Below are positions 50,641 through 59,725 of a stretch of DNA of 64,000 bases, piece by piece. The notes beneath the pieces were generated by a model, which was not told the DNA's origin, did no database searches, and saw only the letters and a program-made list of their open reading frames with translations. The position numbers and the translations under genes are program-made. The stretch's first letter is position 1, and every line of letters starts with the position of its first letter. Origin of the DNA: Promethearchaeia archaeon (GTDB lineage Archaea; Asgardarchaeota; Lokiarchaeia; Sigyniarchaeales; SOKP01); the NCBI GenBank assembly GCA_029856045.1, contig JAHQWG010000016.1, forward strand, positions 416,001 through 480,000, read 5' to 3'.

Positions 50641-51795
50641 TTACCCCACAATATTATTCAGTGTTGAAAACGCAATTTTATCTTTTTCATACACTTGCAT
50701 TATCTTATCTTTGATATCTCTTAATAGTAATTCAATATCCTCTTCCTCTGAATTATCTAACTTTTCTGCAGCTTCTATCATAACTTTTTCTGATTTTTTA
50801 GTAATTTCCCTCATTTTTTTCAATGCCCCTGGCTTTTGTTCTTCAAAAATTTTATTTTTTTCAACCGCCAATTCTCGTGACTTTTTAAGCAAAGGCCATG
50901 AATCGGGAAGAGCTGCAATAGCGAGTTCACTCCAATATTTTCCAGCTTCTTCAAATAATTTAACAGCATCCATTAATTTTGGTTCATCTAATATTAAACT
51001 CGATTCTTTTAAAAATTGCGCATATGTATTGCGATATCCCCCACCTCCTGAACCACTTTCTTCAATAAAGATATAAGTATTGAGAAGACACCCAAATAAA
51101 TTTAATCCTTTAAATTGTTTCGGCCAAGATAAAACAAGACCTGCCCACTTCTTAATACCCAGTTGACCAATATTTTTTATTGGAGGATATAAATAATTAT
51201 CTATACATTCCTTAATTGCATCTGTTATTCCACTTTTTAAATTTTTGAGTTTTATAGGATATTTTATTTTTAGGATTTTATGTTTAGGAGCGTAAGGTGG
51301 ATACTTCGAACTTCGCGCCTTTTTTAAATCTTCAATAGAAATTATTAATGGTGTTTTTGCAGCATCAGAAACATAAACTTTATCTTCTTTCTCATCAAGA
51401 CCATAAACAACAATTGAATGAGCAACTCCTGGAAGAGCAAGATAAGGAAGATATGCCATGTCCGCGAATACAAATACGGGTTCTCCCTCGCGCAAAACAT
51501 TTATCAATTCTTCATAACCTCTTTTGATACTAGTAGTCTCAAAAATTGTTGCGTCGCCGCCAATCCGCTGGCAAGTTTTTATTAAAGAATTAGTCTTCCC
51601 ATACCTAGTACCAATAAACGGTGCGAGCATCATTTTCATATACCAATACATAAAACCAACTCCAGCACCTAGACCAAAAATCATTTCTTCGGAAAATTCT
51701 AAGTTATGATACGCAAATAGATTCCTTAGAGACGTGGTCCAACAATGAATACCGCCAATATGCCTATAATTTTCAATAATTAACTTTTCATTCAT
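50641..51795 (-). CDS. BtrH_N/DUF4872-like papain-fold protein, second paralog
   Basis: GIHCWTTS, SEEMIFGLGAG, HSIVVYG.D, YVSD and GSGGGGYR..Y..FL.E motifs. Confidence 0.82.
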   Translation of the reverse strand: MNEKLIIENYRHIGGIHCWTTSLRNLFAYHNLEFSEEMIFGLGAGVGFMYWYMKMMLAPFIGTRYGKTNSLIKTCQRIGGDATIFETTSIKRGYEELINVLREGEPVFVFADMAYLPYLALPGVAHSIVVYGLDEKEDKVYVSDAAKTPLIISIEDLKKARSSKYPPYAPKHKILKIKYPIKLKNLKSGITDAIKECIDNYLYPPIKNIGQLGIKKWAGLVLSWPKQFKGLNLFGCLLNTYIFIEESGSGGGGYRNTYAQFLKESSLILDEPKLMDAVKLFEEAGKYWSELAIAALPDSWPLLKKSRELAVEKNKIFEEQKPGALKKMREITKKSEKVMIEAAEKLDNSEEEDIELLLRDIKDKIMQVYEKDKIAFSTLNNIVG

Positions 51796-51836
51796 TTTTT
51801 TCAGATTTTCATTTTATAATTTTCTTAAAAAAAAAA

Positions 51837-52256
51837 TTAATATTTATGAAATTTTCTCCCATAAATAAGAAAAGCAAGAATATATGTCTCAATTATTATA
51901 GCTGGATAGAAGTATCCTGTGGTTGTTTCGATCCAGAAATAGGATAGCAAATTCCTTCCCATAATGCCGAAAAATAATGCATCTAATAAGAAATTCATTC
52001 CACAAATGATTACACCAAGAATAATTGCATCAATCGCCCATTTATTAGCTATAATAGGATTATTTTGTTCATATTTCCAAATATATAATGCAAATATTAC
52101 TATACTCACTATCGCATTAATAAATATCATTGTCACATAAACCCCAATATTAGGATTTGCAATGGGTTGATTAGTGGTATAGTCAAAAAATGCTGACCCT
52201 ACAATCATAAATGCCCAGAACCACGCCAAAAGTCCAAGAATAATTGCCAATATCAA
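51837..52256 (-). CDS. Four-TM membrane protein, first gene of the PadR/BtrH operon (start uncertain)
   Basis: Four hydrophobic helices; the frame stays open upstream to an ATA codon at ~52280. Confidence 0.7.
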   Translation of the reverse strand: MILAIILGLLAWFWAFMIVGSAFFDYTTNQPIANPNIGVYVTMIFINAIVSIVIFALYIWKYEQNNPIIANKWAIDAIILGVIICGMNFLLDALFFGIMGRNLLSYFWIETTTGYFYPAIIIETYILAFLIYGRKFHKY

Positions 52257-52327
52257 GGATTTTTTATTAATTTCGCTTATATTTTTTCCCTTTATTTTAT
52301 TGATTTATATATTTAAATGTTGATTTA

Positions 52328-52384
52328 ATATTCTAATTACAGAATATTATCAATATAGAATATTATGAGTCAAGAATATTTAAA
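52328..52384 (-). promoter_or_regulatory. TATA box plus triple tandem operator of the PadR/BtrH operon
   Basis: ATATTC-N8-GAATAT (52328-52347), further GAATAT at 52358 and 52374 (16-bp period), and minus-strand TTTAAATA at 52377-52384. Confidence 0.72.
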
Positions 52385-52659
52385 TGTTTCTATATTAAAA
52401 AAATAAAAAAAATGCCATAATGAAACCAATTATAATAATAAAAAATCCAGAAGCGTTATTAAACTAGAAATCGGTAGTTATCCTTTCTTAAAATCTCTGA
52501 TTTCTTATTTGAAATTTTATTTCTTATTGTTTTCATTTAAAAATATCATTCAAAAATGTGGGTTAAAATTCGAATTACAATTATTCTACTAGGTAAATTT
52601 GTTTTACTCATATAAAAAAAAATTAGAAAATTATTTTTTAAATTCTGCTTTAGAGTTTT

Positions 52660-53361
52660 TTATTTAATTCCGATATATAAGAAAACATTATCTGCTATAA
52701 ATCCGAATCTTGCAAGAAATAAAATTATTCCAGGCTCTAATAATGCGTCCATCACAGCAGCGATACAAAACAAAAAAAATCCAATTGTTAAATATATAAA
52801 TTTCTTCCTTAATTCGCCAGTTAATTGTATTGCCTTTCGTAATGCTCCTACCCCATCAAATAACAAGACAGATACAATAAAAACTGCAATTATAATGAAT
52901 GTAAGAGACGCCGTATTGAAAGATGCATCTATTATATCCTCACCAAGTGGATCTACAAATGGCTTAAATGATCCACTATGTTGAAAGAATAGAAAATATT
53001 CAAAGATAATGCCAATAACAGTATAAATACCAACAAGATACCACTTTGCCTTTTTAGCAATAAGTTCGCCCCCAATCCACATAATAAAAACTATTCCTGG
53101 AGCTACCCACATGTAACTTAAAACGCAATACAAATAATAATCAATGTTATTCCCAGTTAAAAGCACAAACCAAAAATCCGTAGCTGGACCGAGAAGTAAG
53201 AGTCCCATTAAAATCGCCATGAATCCAAAATTCCTAAGAAGTTTTTGTTTCGTTTTTATTGATTTAATAAGGGCAATTAGTCCAACTATTACACCAAAAA
53301 TTACAACAAATAACGCACTTGTTCCCGTTAACCAAAAATTAACTGTAACCATATCAATCAA
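52660..53361 (-). CDS. About 7-TM membrane protein of unknown function
   Basis: Seven hydrophobic segments; no retinal-binding Lys motif recognised. Confidence 0.7.
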   Translation of the reverse strand: MIDMVTVNFWLTGTSALFVVIFGVIVGLIALIKSIKTKQKLLRNFGFMAILMGLLLLGPATDFWFVLLTGNNIDYYLYCVLSYMWVAPGIVFIMWIGGELIAKKAKWYLVGIYTVIGIIFEYFLFFQHSGSFKPFVDPLGEDIIDASFNTASLTFIIIAVFIVSVLLFDGVGALRKAIQLTGELRKKFIYLTIGFFLFCIAAVMDALLEPGIILFLARFGFIADNVFLYIGIK

Positions 53362-53703
53362 TCCTTTTTAAATATTTTTTATTTGTAATTATATCTTTAA
53401 TTCTTTTTACTTATAAATATTTTTTATAATATTGTCTACATATTCTATTATTCTAATTTATTATTTTTTGGTATAATTACTAATTATGACATTTATTATT
53501 AAATTAATTTAAGATCCCCTTAAAAATTAATATATAATGATTCCTTTTCAAATTTTTTGCGATTTTTCTTCAGACAATAAATATTTTGGGGGCAAGAATA
53601 AGAAAATTAAGAATATTCAATCCAAATAATTATAAAAATATGAAATTGCTTAAATATTTTCAAAAATTTTATTTAAATTATTAGAATATAATTCAAGATT
53701 AAA

Positions 53704-54975
53704 ATGAATTTCGAAATCGTTATCATTGGAGCGGGTATCACTGGGACTTCATTTGCTTATAAGATTGCAAAATTTGCAAAAACACTACTTCTTGATGCTC
53801 AAGATATAACTCAGCGCCCAAAATCGACAAATATATTTCCATTTCATAATAAATCTTATATTGAAGAATCTGAGTGGTCAAATGAAGAGTTATTCCCAAA
53901 ATATCATCTCAAAACTAATTATATGGGAAGTACATTCAATGGAATTATTAATTCTGAAGAATTTGGTCGCCCTTTGGGTAAAGTAGTTTATTTAGAAAAA
54001 TTACTAGATAGATTAATTCAAAAATTCGAAGAAAAAGGTGGTATCTTTAAAGATAAACAAAAAGTAATAAAAATAAATAAGTATAATGACCATTTAGAAA
54101 TAATTACTAATAGTGGTCAAACTTATTCATGTAAATTATTAGTTTTTGCAACAGGGTCTCGAGCTTTAGATTTACAACGATCAGTGGGATTTGAAACACC
54201 AGATGAGTTTGTAGGTATTTATACACACTTCTATGGAGATGAAGATAAATTAAATGAAAATTTGGATGTAAATTATCTCTTTCATATTAATATGAAAATA
54301 AGTCGTAATGGCCCACTATTTATAAATAAGGGAATAGAGAGACTATCTATAGGTTTCTTAGGAGATAATCAGCCAATTCAAGAACTCGGTTTAAAATTAA
54401 ATAATATTATTAATAATTATAAAAAAATTCAACCATTTATTAAAGGATTAACACGGGATTCTAAAGCAATTGTAGCAAAAATCTCAAAACACCCAATTAA
54501 ATCATTTTCTCGTGATAGAATGCTAGTTTTGGGTGAAGCTGCAGGTTTAGTTACCCCATTTTTCTGGGAGGGAATTTTATGTGGGTTGGTATCAGCAGAG
54601 GTTGCATCATATATAATTAAATCGTTAATGGAAAATAATAGTGATTTTAACCAACTATCTCTTAAACAGTATGATAACGAAATCACTCGTGTTTTTACAA
54701 ATTTTTTTAAAAATGGAAAAGGTTCAGAATATATCTTCTATAATGCTGGTTCTAATATGCAATTAATTTGGGATTCTTATACAAAATCGATTTTTAAAGA
54801 TAAAAAACTAAGAAGATATATTTATGAAGCATATCAAATCGAGGACATTGAAGCTCTCACTAATTATGATACAAGTAGAGATCGATATGCTGGGGAGAGA
54901 ATGTTAGCTAATTTGCCCTTCTTATCCAAAATAAGTTTAGCCCCCTTTTTTTTAAAGGCTATGTTAAAATTATAA
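53704..54975 (+). CDS. FAD-dependent oxidoreductase, geranylgeranyl reductase-like
   Basis: IIGAGITG, ATG and LGEAAGLVTPFFWEGI motifs. Confidence 0.82.
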   Translation: MNFEIVIIGAGITGTSFAYKIAKFAKTLLLDAQDITQRPKSTNIFPFHNKSYIEESEWSNEELFPKYHLKTNYMGSTFNGIINSEEFGRPLGKVVYLEKLLDRLIQKFEEKGGIFKDKQKVIKINKYNDHLEIITNSGQTYSCKLLVFATGSRALDLQRSVGFETPDEFVGIYTHFYGDEDKLNENLDVNYLFHINMKISRNGPLFINKGIERLSIGFLGDNQPIQELGLKLNNIINNYKKIQPFIKGLTRDSKAIVAKISKHPIKSFSRDRMLVLGEAAGLVTPFFWEGILCGLVSAEVASYIIKSLMENNSDFNQLSLKQYDNEITRVFTNFFKNGKGSEYIFYNAGSNMQLIWDSYTKSIFKDKKLRRYIYEAYQIEDIEALTNYDTSRDRYAGERMLANLPFLSKISLAPFFLKAMLKL

Positions 54976-54997
54976 AAAAGATTTAGTAAAGATTATT

Positions 54998-56989
54998 TTA
55001 TTCTCCTTCTTGATCTTCAAATAAACCTAAATTGGGGTCTAGGAATTGATTACTACACATAGGACAAGAATTAAATTTTGAAAGCCAATAAGCAACGCAT
55101 AGATAATGAAACACACTGCCGCAGAATGGACACACAATAATATTTTCTTTCGCAATATTAATATATTTATGGCATACAGTGCAGTGGACATCAGAGACTG
55201 AAATTCCTTCCCGTAATTTAATACGAGAGGATAGAATTTCTTCCAATTTTGACATTTCTTCTTGATAAAGTCTTTTTTCTCGATTTGATTTTTTTATTTG
55301 GGAATCAATTGATTGAATTCTTTCCTTTAATTCATCATCAGATAATTTTTCTGGAAAAAGTGTTGTAAAACGATAATTCAGTGGAATCTCATGTTCATGT
55401 AATCCAATATTTTTTATCGTACTAAAAAGTATTTCTTCTTCTCCAAGTATTTCTTTAAATGAAATAAAAAGTTTAGAAATTAATAAGTATAGTGCAAATT
55501 TCATTTGATTTGTTTTTTCAGTAAAATTTTTTTCCCATTTTTTTATAAGACTGTATGGACTAACTCCTCTCTTTCTAATATCTTCAAATATTTTTGTAAT
55601 CTCTTTTTGGATTTTAGTAGTTTCTACCGTATATTTTCTCAGCATATTTTTTATATTTTCTAATTCAGGAAACTCCTGATTTATAGTCTTAGAGGTTTCT
55701 TGTTGATAAAAATCCAGCATATGATTTAATTTTGCCATATTATTATCAATAAGAGTTTTTACTTCAGCTTTTACATTCTCTTCATATATAGATTGAGCAG
55801 AATTCTCAAAGATTTCCACCCTGCGCTGAATTTCTGAATTTATATTATTTATCGTTTTTCTTATATTTAATGTGACCTCATCATAAGGTTTCAAATAATT
55901 TTCAAATTCTAAAATCCAATCTACAATATCATCTAATAGCTTTACTATCTGGCGTTTTTTTAAGTTCAACTGGGCTGTACAATCTTGTTCTTCAATCTTC
56001 TCTTGATAATAAGTTTCAATTTTTTCAAAAATCTTAAATATTGTTTTAGAAATGAAATTATTAATATCACCTTGCTTTAACTCTTCTAAAATTTTATTTA
56101 ATTCTCTCTTAGTAATAATTTTTATCTCATCATAAATTTCATTCCTTTGTAAAAGCAAATCAGTTATGAAATCCTTTAATAACTCAATAAAAAATGAACG
56201 TAATTTCTTTTTAATCTCTGCTTTCTCTGTAGAATCTTTAAATTTTTCAATTTTACTAATATAAAAGATTCCTATTGAATAACATAGATATAAATAATCA
56301 TAAATAAGCACGGATTTGAAGTTACTAGATTCTTTAAAATCAGAAATTATATCATGTATATAAAAAACACTATTATTTTCACGACCTTCATTAATAAAAG
56401 GGATTTCGCCGTGCTTTTTTGTGATTTCATATAATTCTTTTATTGGCTCCCAAATTTCAAGATCAAGTGGAAGTTTTTTGGAAATAAAAGCAATTTTCTT
56501 AAGTATCGAACTTTCAATAAATATATAAATTTCATTTTTAAATTTGGATTGGAACTTTTGCTTATTAGCTTGAATAAAATCAATAAGATTTTCGCATTGA
56601 TCTCTTGAATATTTAATTTTTTTAAATATTTTCTCAAATAGTTTCTTATTTTTAATTATCCCTCTTACATTTCTCATGTCTAAGAAGATAATTCTAATCC
56701 TCCGCTTAATTCGTATTAATTCCCCTAAAATTTCTGATAGAAAATAAAATAGTTTATTTAAATTCCCAATATCGAAATAATTGCTAAAGAAATCTTCTAA
56801 ATTTATTAAGTATTCAGAAATACTATTAAAATCTTCTAAATTAAATTTTGAGGAAATAAAGTTTGTAAATTCTAATTTAGTTGATCTTTTTTTCTCAAAA
56901 TCAATTATTTGTTTTTTTATTTCTTCAATTTTTTGTTTTGTAAACCCTTTTACATCATTAAAAATAAATTTGTTACTATTAAATAACAT
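54998..56989 (-). CDS. Helical/coiled-coil protein with a C-terminal C4HC3 RING finger (putative E3 ligase)
   Basis: C-x2-C-x13-C-x2-C-x4-H-x2-C-x3-W-x6-CP-x-C at the C-terminus. Confidence 0.8.
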   Translation of the reverse strand: MLFNSNKFIFNDVKGFTKQKIEEIKKQIIDFEKKRSTKLEFTNFISSKFNLEDFNSISEYLINLEDFFSNYFDIGNLNKLFYFLSEILGELIRIKRRIRIIFLDMRNVRGIIKNKKLFEKIFKKIKYSRDQCENLIDFIQANKQKFQSKFKNEIYIFIESSILKKIAFISKKLPLDLEIWEPIKELYEITKKHGEIPFINEGRENNSVFYIHDIISDFKESSNFKSVLIYDYLYLCYSIGIFYISKIEKFKDSTEKAEIKKKLRSFFIELLKDFITDLLLQRNEIYDEIKIITKRELNKILEELKQGDINNFISKTIFKIFEKIETYYQEKIEEQDCTAQLNLKKRQIVKLLDDIVDWILEFENYLKPYDEVTLNIRKTINNINSEIQRRVEIFENSAQSIYEENVKAEVKTLIDNNMAKLNHMLDFYQQETSKTINQEFPELENIKNMLRKYTVETTKIQKEITKIFEDIRKRGVSPYSLIKKWEKNFTEKTNQMKFALYLLISKLFISFKEILGEEEILFSTIKNIGLHEHEIPLNYRFTTLFPEKLSDDELKERIQSIDSQIKKSNREKRLYQEEMSKLEEILSSRIKLREGISVSDVHCTVCHKYINIAKENIIVCPFCGSVFHYLCVAYWLSKFNSCPMCSNQFLDPNLGLFEDQEGE

Positions 56990-57027
56990 TAAATAGTCTT
57001 TTTTATTCTAAAATAAGTTAATAATAT

Positions 57028-57645
57028 CTATTCGCCTAATTCATTTAACTCGAAATATTTTTCCTTATATCCTGCATCAGTTATTGTTAAAATATCAATA
57101 CCATTACCTGACATTGCATCTCTTGCTATCGCAGAACGTATTATTTTTTCTATTAATTTTTCACCTTTTACAATTGTAATTTCTGAGTTATATTCTGATT
57201 CAAGCATTCCGACCATCATCAGCATACTCGTACCCCCTACTCCGTAGTCATCAGGCATCAAAGATCCGATTGCATCTAATGTATAAAGCTTTGGTCCATC
57301 AAGATCTACTCCAGCTATAACAACATTTGTAAATAATGGAAACATTTTCCGATAATACAGATAATTACTTAACATTTTACCCATACTTTTTGTAGAAATT
57401 CTTGAACCAGCTTCGTATTGATATAAATTTGCTCTAGCTTTCATAATTTTCACCAAAATCTGAAAATCTCCAATTAACCCATATGCTGAAAGGCCAATAT
57501 GATCGGTTAATGGAAATACCTTTTTGGTTGATTTATTAGTAACAGTATAACCTAAAGTAGCCCGTCGATCATTACCTAAAACCACCCCATCTTTGCATTT
57601 TATTGCGACCGAAGCCGCTCCTGGAACCATGAATTCCATGCTCAT
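57028..57645 (-). CDS. psmB: Proteasome beta subunit, predicted non-catalytic
   Basis: KDGVVLG.D.R.T, KKVF, G..GD, GVD..GP.LY.LD..G and RDAMSGNG; the N-terminus is PGAASV instead of GTTTV. Confidence 0.93.
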   Translation of the reverse strand: MSMEFMVPGAASVAIKCKDGVVLGNDRRATLGYTVTNKSTKKVFPLTDHIGLSAYGLIGDFQILVKIMKARANLYQYEAGSRISTKSMGKMLSNYLYYRKMFPLFTNVVIAGVDLDGPKLYTLDAIGSLMPDDYGVGGTSMLMMVGMLESEYNSEITIVKGEKLIEKIIRSAIARDAMSGNGIDILTITDAGYKEKYFELNELGE

Positions 57646-57937
57646 TTCCCTTCGCTTTTTTTCTTATTTAATCCTTATTCTCATTATTAAATTAGAACTT
57701 ATTAATTTAATATATAATTTACCTTAAATTTCTTTTCCAAATATTTAATAAATCTAAAGCCTAGCCTACCTTTGATCAAATATTTTTCTCTTGTCAAAAT
57801 AATATATAGATTGAATTAATATTATATTTTATATAACTCACTATATTTATTATACCGATAAGTATAGTTAGATAAATTAATCCAAGAGAAAAAAAAAAAA
57901 AATAAAAAAAATGATATTTACTAATCTGGAACTCGAG

Positions 57938-58156
57938 TTAGAAATATTTGATTGCTAAAAGCAAATCATCCTTTGTTACTTTCTTTCTTCCTGCATGATT
58001 ACAGAATGTGATAGCTTGTTTAGTAATAGCGGTAGCTGTATTTTCTAAATTTTCAATCAAGAGATCTACTGCATCTCTCGCAACAATGGTTGCACCTTGC
58101 TTTTTCATTAATCTCCTAACTGGACTCCAGGCGAAAGAGTGTTTCTTTTTTGCCAT
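57938..58156 (-). CDS. Archaeal histone (histone fold)
   Basis: P.RRLMK..GA..V..DAV...A.....HAGRKKV..DD..LA pattern. Confidence 0.93.
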   Translation of the reverse strand: MAKKKHSFAWSPVRRLMKKQGATIVARDAVDLLIENLENTATAITKQAITFCNHAGRKKVTKDDLLLAIKYF

Positions 58157-58254
58157 AATTTTATTCCTCCAATTTTTTTTTCTAAAATTTCAGTTTTTAA
58201 TTTTTTTTAATTTAATTTTTATTAGAGACTTAGTTTAAATTATAAGCATTCGTA

Positions 58255-58270
58255 TATTTAAACCTTTTGC
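58255..58270 (-). promoter_or_regulatory. Putative BRE/TATA promoter of the histone gene
   Basis: Minus strand reads GCAAAAGG-TTTAAATA about 100 nt upstream of the ATG. Confidence 0.45.
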
Positions 58271-58837
58271 CAAGAAGGATATTTTTAAAAACATAAAGTA
58301 AAAATCGACAAAAATTGGAAATTATATTTTGGTAAAATTTTCTTAGAATAAAGCCAATAAAAATTACTTAAAGAAGGAAAATGCAAAGTTAAAAACTTTT
58401 ATTAAGAATAATAGAAAAAATTTTTAGGTTATATATTGAAATTGAATGTGATATTTCATTAAAAATTCTTATTTTAAAGGACTTAAAATTAAAATCTATA
58501 GCCAATATTAGTAATATTTGTTTTTTTTTTAAGATTTTCCATAAATCTTCATATGAATGTTAAATACAATGGATCTTAGCATTTTTAATAAATATTTAAT
58601 AAATTTTAAATTCAATTAAATTTATTCAATTTAATTTTTCTTGTAGAAGATCAGCTTATAAATAATTTTTGCTCTTTCAAACATAAGTAATAATACATTT
58701 ACTTTGATAGTGTGATTTAAATTAAAAATTTGTAAGATTATTAAATATATAGCAGTTTTAAAGCATTCTTAAAAATTATTAAATAATACAAAAAATTAAT
58801 TTAATTATCACAATCAAATCCAACTATTTTGATAAAT

Positions 58838-59503
58838 ATGGTTCTGAAAGAAGAATTAGAAAAGAAAAAAATAGCTGAAGAACACGAAAAAAATGGCAAA
58901 ACTAAGCAATATTTATTTGATTCGATGAAGTTAATTGTTGAAAATATAAATAAAAATATAAATCATCTTTCCGATAATTGGAAATTTACAAAGTCTTTCA
59001 TAGATATTATATATGAAGGAATAAAAACCAAAAGACATTTCTTCTTATTAGCATCAGGCAGGAGTGCTATGATATTACAATGTTTTGCAACGCGATTAGT
59101 CCATTTGGGAGGGAAAGCGTTTATGGTTTCTAATTTACAAAGCATTCCTGCTATGAAAAAGAAAGATATATTAATTGTTCTGTCAGGATCAGGGACTACT
59201 TCAGTAGTTCAAAGTCTTTTGGGGTCTTATGTAAATTCTGTAATTCCACACGCAATAATTGTAATAACATCATATCCTGATACCACTATTGGCAGAATGG
59301 GGGATTTAACAATCAAATTATTAGGAAGAACAAAAAGAGATCAAGAAGCAAAAGAGGATGAGCTCGAAGCAATTCTTACTCCAGAAGGAACAGCGTTTGA
59401 ACAAATTGCTTTTACCTATTTAGATGCGGTAGTTGCTGAACTAGCAGTACGCTTGAATAAAACTAATAAAGACATGTTAAAAAAGCACTCACAAGGGACT
59501 TAA
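58838..59503 (+). CDS. 6-phospho-3-hexuloisomerase-like SIS domain protein
   Basis: SGRS, F..RL.HLG, SGSGTT, P.GT.FE and C-terminal M...H motifs. Confidence 0.85.
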   Translation: MVLKEELEKKKIAEEHEKNGKTKQYLFDSMKLIVENINKNINHLSDNWKFTKSFIDIIYEGIKTKRHFFLLASGRSAMILQCFATRLVHLGGKAFMVSNLQSIPAMKKKDILIVLSGSGTTSVVQSLLGSYVNSVIPHAIIVITSYPDTTIGRMGDLTIKLLGRTKRDQEAKEDELEAILTPEGTAFEQIAFTYLDAVVAELAVRLNKTNKDMLKKHSQGT

Positions 59504-59603
59504 ATTCAATTTATTAAATTATGATATTTAATTTTTGATTTAAGTCAATTTTTGATTATTTTTTTTACCCAAATATTAAAATAACTAATTAAATTTTATA
59601 TCA

Positions 59604-59680
59604 ATGCACCTGTCTATAGTATTTTTTTGAGATTCTAATTTTGGAAACAATGAAAAAAAAACTCCAGCAGGTGCACATCA
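59604..59680 (+). ncRNA. Box H/ACA pseudouridylation guide sRNA (single hairpin with K-turn)
   Basis: GCACCTG/CAGGTGC lower stem followed directly by ACA; internal pocket; T7/A7 upper stem; tandem GA/GA with an AAT bulge; apical hairpin; 14 nt from pocket top to ACA. Confidence 0.8.
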
Positions 59681-59725
59681 AATTAACTTTACTTTTACAA
59701 ATCAACTTGGAGTAAAAAATATTAA

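Noticed and set aside
52660-53361. Rhodopsin or GPCR
   Set aside because: No recognisable retinal-binding Lys motif in the last helix; a TM count alone is insufficient.
53513-53596. CCCC...GGGGG possible stem in a divergent intergenic region
   Set aside because: Pairing is weak and there are no convincing C/D, K-turn or ACA elements.
59604-59680. SECIS interpretation of the GA/GA hairpin
   Set aside because: AUGA lies on the 3' arm rather than the 5' arm, and the neighbouring genes have no in-frame UGA. The ACA box, pocket and 14-nt spacing fit H/ACA far better.
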